Positions 55,911-64,000 of a stretch of 64,000 nucleotides of DNA are shown here, in pieces. A program made the translations under genes and the position numbers. Location: assembly GCF_006345805.1 (NCBI RefSeq), contig NC_043007.1, positions 27,280,001 to 27,344,000 on the forward strand. Reading direction: 5' to 3'. This stretch comes from Octopus sinensis (taxonomy: Eukaryota). The notes under the pieces are model-generated. The model did no database searches. It was not told the origin of the DNA and saw only the letters and a program-made list of their open reading frames with translations. How positions within the stretch are numbered: position 1 is the first letter of the stretch; each line of letters begins with the position of its first letter.

Positions 55911-56794
55911 ATCCATGCCGTCGCAGGTCAAAGCTCATATCCTCACAAACACCAATCTCCCCGTATTTTTCAGAACCAACAATGGTTATATGCTCCAGTG
56001 TATAAATACTTAATTTTCATTGCCATATGTCACTTGATGAATATTTGGCTGCTATGTCAAGCAATTTGAAGTACCACGTAAGGATATCCTTATGAGTCAT
56101 GCTTCCTCCCTTAGCAACATCATAATTGTTCTGCTTTAAATTTTCTCGTTGCTGTCGTTATCCTAATCGTTTCCTACTTTTCATTTGCTTGTCGTTGCGC
56201 TTCCGTATACTTGTCAGTTTAAAATGCATGAAGGTGTTGAATTTACGGATAATTAATTTGCCGAAAAATCGCTCGTGAAATTAATTATCTAATTCTTGGC
56301 TTTTATCTATTTACTTGATATTTTATGTTTGCACTTCTTCTTTCTAAACCATTTTCACCGGAAAAAATGATTATGAATCACTTGTGATATTTGTTGCTAC
56401 AGATGTTACGTTACGGGAATTCATTTTATTCCACTTAATTTTGCAAGCTGCATTGATTTCTTAGATATTTTTATATATTTTTTCCGTATATATATATATA
56501 TATATTAAATATCGTTAATATTATTGTTACTGTTGCGTTCGTTATTTGTTTATATTTACGTTTAAAAAATATATAAATTATTTAAAAAACATAAAGGTAA
56601 TGTTAAAAATGAAAGAATCAGACTGCAAATGAAAAGGTTAGAAAATATAAATATAAAATAGAAAAGTAAGGTACTCATATTTAGAAATTGAGTTCTTCAC
56701 GAAAGGTAGCGGACGAAAAATCTTGTTTTTACGAAAGAATAGTAAGCACGAACACACACAGGTACATATACACGTACACACATAAGTAACTGCT

Positions 56795-56836
<42 letters not shown>

Positions 56837-56856
56837 ATATATATATATGTATATGT

Positions 56857-56888
<32 letters not shown>

Positions 56889-57191
56889 CGTATGTGTGGT
56901 TATTTATATATATAAAACTGAGAATGTGTCTGTGTCTGTCTTTCTGCAAAACTCGAGAACTACCCACCTGATTTCATTTAATTTTAGACATGACTAGGGC
57001 CAAAAACATTTTCAACGTCTTGACTAATGTGCGCCCAGACTTCGTTAAATCAATCTTTCCCCGCAAAGCAAATTAAATAAAGTTTGGGAGTTTTTGTACA
57101 TGTATGTTTGTACATGTATGCATACATACGTACATATATATATATATATATATATAATATATATATGTCTGTATATTTAAACATATATATA

Positions 57192-57485
57192 TCACGTGAT
57201 CACGTGATATCATGTGACTGACCAGTCCATCACACGTTGTTACACATCGCTGGTCACAATGCGTTCGCATTGTTTTAGCCTTCGAATGACGCCACTCCGC
57301 TGGCTAAGCGAGCAGGCCAACAGAAGAAAGAGTGGGAGAAAGAGTACGGCAGGGATCACCCCCCCCCCCTGCCGGAGCCTCGTGGAGCTCTTCAGGTGTT
57401 TTCGTTCAATAAACACACACAGCGCCCGTCTGGGAATCGCAACCGCGAGTCCGCAGCCCTAACCACTAGGCCATTGCGCCTCCAC
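57192..57485 (-). mobile_element. SINE family A (tail type 3)
   Basis: Family A head plus tail TTGGCCTGCTCGCTTAGCCA..GAAGGCTAAAACAAT.CGAA.CGCATTGTGACCAGCGATGTGT, shared with 59912. Confidence 0.85.
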
Positions 57486-57493
57486 ACACGCAC

Positions 57494-57542
<49 letters not shown>

Positions 57543-57751
57543 ATATATATATTTATAATATATATATATATATATATATAATAATAAAAATTAGGGAATG
57601 AATCCAAAATTACAGGAAAAATCAGATTTAGGGTTAAATCCAATCTTATAGTAAAATATTATATAATATAATTCGAGACAAAACACTATTTTAAAACCAA
57701 ACAAGGAAACTTAATCAATACATAAAATTTTAATATAAATTAAATAAACCG

Positions 57752-57795
57752 CCACTACAAATGTTTCATGTCTGCTACCGACAATCTTCAGGTGG
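57752..57795 (-). ncRNA. Minimal type I hammerhead ribozyme (left arm)
   Basis: Exact reverse complement of 57850-57893. Confidence 0.8.
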
Positions 57796-57849
57796 ATTTT
57801 CGATCTTCAAATCAGTATCAAAATTTGATACTGATTAGAAGATCGAAAT

Positions 57850-57893
57850 CCACCTGAAGATTGTCGGTAGCAGACATGAAACATTTGTAGTGG
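57850..57893 (+). ncRNA. Minimal type I hammerhead ribozyme (right arm)
   Basis: CCAC-CUGAAGA-U-UGUC-GGUAGCA-GACA-U-GAAA-CAUUUG-UA^GUGG. Intact core and GUA triplet. Confidence 0.8.
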
Positions 57894-57984
57894 CGGTTTA
57901 TTTAATTTATATTAAAATTTTATGTATTGATTAAGTCTTTCCTTGTTTGGTTTTAAAATAGTGGTTTTGTCTCGAATTATATTT

Positions 57985-58036
<52 letters not shown>

Positions 58037-58058
58037 TACATCTATATATGTAATTAGA

Positions 58059-58092
<34 letters not shown>

Positions 58093-59911
58093 ATACACAT
58101 TAAGGTGGTGCATGATCAGTGGTTAGGGTGTTGCACTCACATTTGCGATATTGTGGGGTCGATTCCCAGACTGGCTATTGCGTTGTGTGCTTGAGTGTGT
58201 TTGTAGCATTTATTGAAGGTGAGAGTCGTTACATGCCTGTACAGCGTCAGATGCGAGAGATCCTAAAAAAACGGTAACTTTAGGAAGAAAAGAAAAGCCA
58301 AATATTATGTAGGGAGAATCTCTTGGCAAATATTCCATTGAATATTTAAAGCTAATTGTAGAGCTGGTTGTCGCATGTGAAACATTTTTTTTGGAATTTG
58401 TTGGGTAATACATCGATCGTTAACACAATTTATCTAAATATTCATAGCGTGGGAAATGAATTGTAATTAAAAGAAATTTTATGCTTCGTTGTTGTGAATT
58501 AGTTATCTAAGAGACAAGCTAATATTCCAAGGAAGAATCATTTGAGAAACTAAGAAATATAATCAAATATTTTGACGATAATATAAACATTAGAAAGAAA
58601 TATTGGTGAACAAATGGAAGTTATAAAGTTTCAATGAATCTAATATAGATAAGCGATTCGTTCCCAAATATATAATAGATGGACCCCACTCAAGATCTTA
58701 CATGCACAATGACAATTTATCTGGCAATGGTTTAGTGTTTAGTTCCAGATCATCACAGACCTAAATTCGTATATTTCGGTGGGACATATTAATTTGGCTT
58801 CAAGCCGTGGCTTTACCTATGCAAAAAAACACATGTAAATATCCGTAAACATCTCGCCTTTTTATCACACAAAATAGTCTTGTTTGGCATCCATAAAAAT
58901 TCACTGATCTGTTATAGAAAGAGTAAACCCATACAAGCAAAACTCTTATCGCCATTCCATTAAGAGGTCCGTTATGTTTATGTGAAATGTATTTTATTCT
59001 ATTCCAGGAGAAATCGACTTTGAATCGAAAATCTGAATTATGAAAATGTTGCAGACAATTCTCGAAAATTTTGTGCTCGATGTCACATCAATTAGACTGA
59101 TCATGTGCATAGCTATTCCCATCAATTAGAGTTCTTTCTATTATCATTACGGGAGAGTAAGATGTTACCACAGGGGACAAAAGACTTGGCGGAAATTGTT
59201 CCAAATATTTCCTTCTGAACTCATATACAGCTGAGATCGATAAAAATGTACCTGTTGAGCACATTGATCGATGTTATTGATTTCCTCTCCTCCTAAAACT
59301 GCTGGTGTTTTGCAAAAATTAAAAAGTGTTACTATTTGAAGTATATCACTTAGTTCCTTTCGAATACACAATATCATCGTCATATAATTTAAAATAGGAC
59401 TTGCATGGCTTACACACGACTTTTCTTAACAAATTAATTATTAATCTCTTTTTGCTTTGCCTCTATTGATCGTTTTCGCGCGATTCCCTCGATAATTTCC
59501 ACTTAATGTCTGAGTAAGTATTACCTTTTTTTTATTATTTATGGCACCGGACAAAAATGCACAGCAGTATGTTATTCTTTGCTTCCATCGCAAGAGATCG
59601 ATCTCTTTAAGAAATATTTCCGTATAATATATAACTTCAGCCCGCTCCCAACAACTTACCAGCATAAAAGGAATTTTGTATCTGTTACCTTTTAATAATT
59701 ACCGTTATTAAACTGCAGTCATGCTGTAGCACCGCCTTGAAAAATTTAGTCGAACGAATGACCTCAGAACTTCTTTTTTTTAGCCCGGTATTTATTCCAA
59801 CGGTCACTTTTGCTACACCACTGGGTTACAGTGACGTGAACACAGTAACGCAGTTTGACAAGCAGTGGTGGATGAACAACAAAGCCACAAAAACACATAC
59901 AATATATATAT

Positions 59912-60227
59912 TGGAGACCCAATGGCCCAGTGATTAGGGCAGTAGACTCGCGGTCTTAGGATCGCGGTTTCGATTCCCAGACCGGGCGTTGTGAGTGTTT
60001 ATTGAGTCAAAACACCTAAAGCTCTATGAGGCTCCGGCACGGGGTGGTGGCGATCCCTACTGTACTCTTTCGCCACAACTTTCTCTCACTCTTTCTTCTT
60101 TTGGCCTGCTCGCTTAGCCAATGGGGTGGCGTCATCTGAAGGCTAAAACAATACGAAGCGCATTGTGACCAGCGATGTGTTGCAATATTTGATAGCCTGG
60201 TCGGTCACGGTGATCACGGTCACGGTG

Positions 60228-60230
<3 letters not shown>
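59912..60230 (+). mobile_element. SINE family A (tail type 3)
   Basis: Family A head plus type 3 tail. Preceded by a degenerate SINE B 3' half at ~59710-59900. Confidence 0.85.
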
Positions 60231-60269
<39 letters not shown>

Positions 60270-60272
<3 letters not shown>

Positions 60273-60402
60273 TGTGTTCCTTTCTGTTGAAGGACGTAAG
60301 CTCGAAACGTAAAGGACTTTCTCACTTCCCGAGCGTTAAACAAATGCATGCTTTTTATTTACACACCCGTCTTCGTCTTTTAGTTTTTTGTAAATTTTCA
60401 CT
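60270..60402 (+). mobile_element. Family D repeat, copy 4 (HHR-like motif 60278-60316)
   Basis: TCCTTTCTGTTGAAGGACGTAAGCTCGAAACGTAAAGGA. Confidence 0.7.
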
Positions 60403-61340
60403 ATACATACATGACAGTGTTCTTTCAGATACCATGCTCAACAAACGTCTTACCACAGACCCACACTTGTGCCTAGACAAACCTGCACATAACTAATTTC
60501 TATCAATAATATGTGTAAACTTATGGCCTCTATCCAGTTTATCACCGTCGGGAGTCAAACTAGTCGTTTACATGAAACATGGATTAAACTTTCGTAACGA
60601 TGTTATATTGGGGAAGGTAAATATTTCGGCGGGATCTTTAAGGACTCGACTGAATTTTTGTTAGCGGATGATTGAATGTTGACTGAATGAAGAAGGTAAG
60701 TGGCTCTAGAAGTTATAAAAGTCGTTATAGAGAAAATAGAATTTAGTATTACTTGCAGGTTCTACCAGAGAGGTATCAGCTGTTGTAAGCTGAATACGAA
60801 AGAAAGTAATATTTATTTATTACATAATGCTTAGTGTAAAATTGTGTGGCGTTTGGAGATGAACGATAAAAATTGTAAACATTATCTAAGCTCAGTAGAT
60901 ATTTGTGACACTTAGACATTTGAGATAATTTTCAAAATGTTCATATTTCGAAATAGTTATCGGAATATACATAATTGTCTGAAAATTGCTTCGTGTAACC
61001 CATTTAGAAAAAGACAAAGAAAAGGATAAATATAGTATGAAGCCATAAGAACGACAAGCGCAGAACTGTTTTGCGGTATATAACAAAACAATAACATCTA
61101 TAAGATTATTCAGCAAATAAATACATGAATAAGCACAAAATGTAGTTTGCTTCACAATGTATATAACATTGGTGACTAGATAGACGTGCAATTATATTTT
61201 TCACGCCTACAACCACACATATTAAACAGAAAGATAAGCACCAAAATGTAAACACCCGTATATTCATGGTTATTCATAGCCGTCTACATACATGATTGTA
61301 AAACATAAATATACTCTATTCAGGTTTATTTGCATTATGC

Positions 61341-61390
<50 letters not shown>

Positions 61391-61550
61391 CCTACATACA
61401 TACATACATACATACATACATACATACATACATGTATATATATATATTATGCAAACACACACATATATATAAGAATATATAGACATACAAGCACACATAC
61501 ACACACAGAGACATAAACAGACACACATGTATTATATATATATAGACTAC

Positions 61551-61594
<44 letters not shown>

Positions 61595-61597
61595 TAG

Positions 61598-61632
<35 letters not shown>

Positions 61633-62040
61633 GGAATGTTACGGTTTAAAATTGTTGACAGTTTGAAGCCGTTTGTTTACAGAACTGCCGAAGACGTAAA
61701 CGTGAGTTCCTATATCAAAGAAGAAAATGTTTTCATTGTAAGCAGAACTATTGTTTACGGTTCAGATACACCTAATATTTATTCATATACTTTACATCTT
61801 ATAAATCAAGTAGTTTATATTTTGTTGCAGTAAGTGTTTGTAATATTTTCTATGTTTTTTTTTTGTTTTTTCTTATATCCGTAGCTCCGTTCTTTGTGAT
61901 TTTGTCAAAAAAATGTATTTATGTTGTTTTTTTTATATGCACGGCTCAATCGGCAAATTCCTGTTTAAATTCTCTGCCGCCTATTGTGTTCGATGAAAAT
62001 GCATTTTATGTGTAAAGTTCAATACAAATTTCTCTCATAT

Positions 62041-62203
62041 AGGCGCAGGAGTAGCTGTGTGGTAAATAGCTTGTTTACCGACCACATGGTTCCGGGTTCA
62101 GTCCCACTGCGTGGCACCTTGAGCAAATGTCGTCTACTATAGCCCCGGGCCGACCAAAGCCTTGTGAGTGGATTTGGTAGACGGGAACTGAAAGAAGCCC
62201 GTC

Positions 62204-62249
<46 letters not shown>

Positions 62250-62265
62250 ATATATATATATATAC

Positions 62266-62296
<31 letters not shown>

Positions 62297-62533
62297 TGCG
62301 TGTGTGTGTTTGTTTGGTGTGTCTCTGTTTGTCCCCCTAGCATTGCTTGAACAACCGATGCTGGTGTGTTTATGTCCCCGTTACTTAGCGGTTCGGCAAA
62401 AGAGACCGATAGAATAAGTACTGGGCTTACAAAAGAATAAGTCCCGGGGTCGAGTTGCTCAATTAAAGGCGGTGCTCCAGCATGGTCGCACCCAAATGAC
62501 TGAAACAAGCAAAAGAGTAAACAGTAAACAGTA
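62041..62533 (+). mobile_element. SINE family B, full length
   Basis: Head AGGCGCAGGAGTAGCTGTGTGGTAA..GGGTTCAGTCCC, internal (TA)n, tail GGCGGTGCTCCAGCATGG..GACTGAAAC followed by short repeats. Confidence 0.9.
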
Positions 62534-63060
62534 ATATGCTCTACACGCCCTGAAATGCATACGCCATTTTGTTTTTATCGTTTTCTTCCTAATTTTCCAT
62601 CTATGACCGCAGTTACAAATTTAAAGCTGTCTCCATTTAAACATATGTTGATTTGTTTGTTTTTCTCCATATTTGAGACCTTGATTCCTATAAAGAACTT
62701 TCCGGATAAGAAGCATGACGGGAGGACGCTGTCTTCAAAGAAATACATATCATATATACATGCAAAAGGGTCGACATCAGTGAAGGCAACCAAGAAACTC
62801 TTCTGGAACGCAAATGTTTGCAACGAATATGAAATTATTTATCAGAATGTCGTTCAGACAAGTCGCTACCTAGTGTTTATCACCCAACGAGCAGTGATAT
62901 AGGTTCGAACAGGAAGAAATCTAGCTGTGGAATAAAGATATTAACTTGGCGGAGGTATGATACCACAAATCTGAGGCTGAGTTAATTTGTAGAAAATTGT
63001 TTACATTGAGCAGTCTTCAGCATGAAGATGAAGATAGCTGCGTATGTGTATGGATGTGTG

Positions 63061-63106
<46 letters not shown>

Positions 63107-63107
<1 letters not shown>

Positions 63108-63256
63108 TGGGGGGTGAATTCACGGAAAAAAACAAAAGACGAAGACTGGTGGTGTACAAAACAAACAGCTGTATTAGTATAACGCTCAGGAATAGAAAAA
63201 GTCTTTTACGTTTCGAGCCTACGCTCTTCTACAGAAAGGGACAAAGAAAAAAAACA
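63107..63256 (-). mobile_element. Family D repeat, copy 5 (HHR-like motif 63203-63238)
   Basis: Reverse complement CTTTCTGTAGAAGAGCGTAGGCTCGAAACGTAAAAG. (TA)n on both sides. Confidence 0.7.
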
Positions 63257-63499
63257 ATATATATATATATATATTATATATATTATATAATATATATAAT
63301 ATCCCAGGCGTGTCTCTTTAGAGGCACAGGCGTGGTCGTGTGGTAAGTATCTTGCTTACAAACCACATGTTTTCCAGTTCCGTCTCACTGCGTTACACCT
63401 ACACAAATCCTTCAAACTATTTTTCCTAATTTTCTACTTTCGTTCATGCATTCATCCTTCCATCTATTTTTCCATCCATCCATACATACATACATACAC

Positions 63500-63531
<32 letters not shown>

Positions 63532-64000
63532 GCCTGCATGCATGCAGTGCATACATATACACATACATGCATGCATAAATACATACATATACATAAATGT
63601 TGAGGAAATATGATGAGAGAGGCACACCTTAAGAAGGACGGAATGAAGCCTGAAAGAAACGAGTAAACATTTGGTACCCGATATGTACCCGTAGTGCTTG
63701 GCAGGCAAAGTACTCTTCTGTCGAACCAGTCTTTGTGAATTTATTTCCTTTTTTTTTTTTTTAGAAAAATAACAAAATCGAGTCCAATGAACAACACTTG
63801 ATCCGCGATGAAATTAACAGACCATTTTCTTTGGTAAACTCACCACGCACTTGATTGCTTTCAAGAAAAACAATTGTCTTCTCGAAGGCATTCGAAAGAT
63901 GTCTACTACGAAAAAAGGATTGATTTTTTTTCTTTCTCCTAATATTTTTCAGGAACTTGGTAAAAAAATATTATTGGCGTAACCCTCCCAATCTGACCAT

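Larger units (their letters stand above)
57660..57990. mobile_element. Near-perfect ~330-bp palindrome (head-to-head Penelope-like pseudo-LTR fragments) centred near 57823
   Basis: Arms are reverse complements with almost no spacer (..ATCAGTATCAAA-A-TTTGATACTGAT..). Each arm has an HHR. Embedded in (TA)n. Confidence 0.85.

Overview
This is a very AT-rich, microsatellite-saturated, gene-poor animal genomic window with one 100-N scaffold gap. The repeat content and SINE types suggest a coleoid cephalopod such as Octopus; that is inference, not a database match. No intact host protein-coding gene can be supported, and almost all listed ORFs are translations of (TA)n, (CA)n, (TATC)n or (ATT)n repeats. 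The window is mostly mobile DNA: three abundant SINE families, CR1/L2-group and R4/Dong-like LINE remnants, mariner and hAT relics and MITEs, a Gypsy-like 3' end, and an intron-containing tRNA-Met-derived retroposon. The most striking signal is a set of minimal type I hammerhead ribozyme (HHR) motifs in non-coding elements embedded in (TA)n tracts. These are: a ~472-bp x ~2.9 tandem array with one intact HHR per unit (retrozyme or Penelope pseudo-LTR-like, predicted ~472-nt self-cleaved or circular RNAs); a divergent solo relative whose helices covary; a ~330-bp palindrome with an HHR on each strand; and a five-copy family with a variant CUGU-N-GA core. Structures were read by eye and no activity has been shown.
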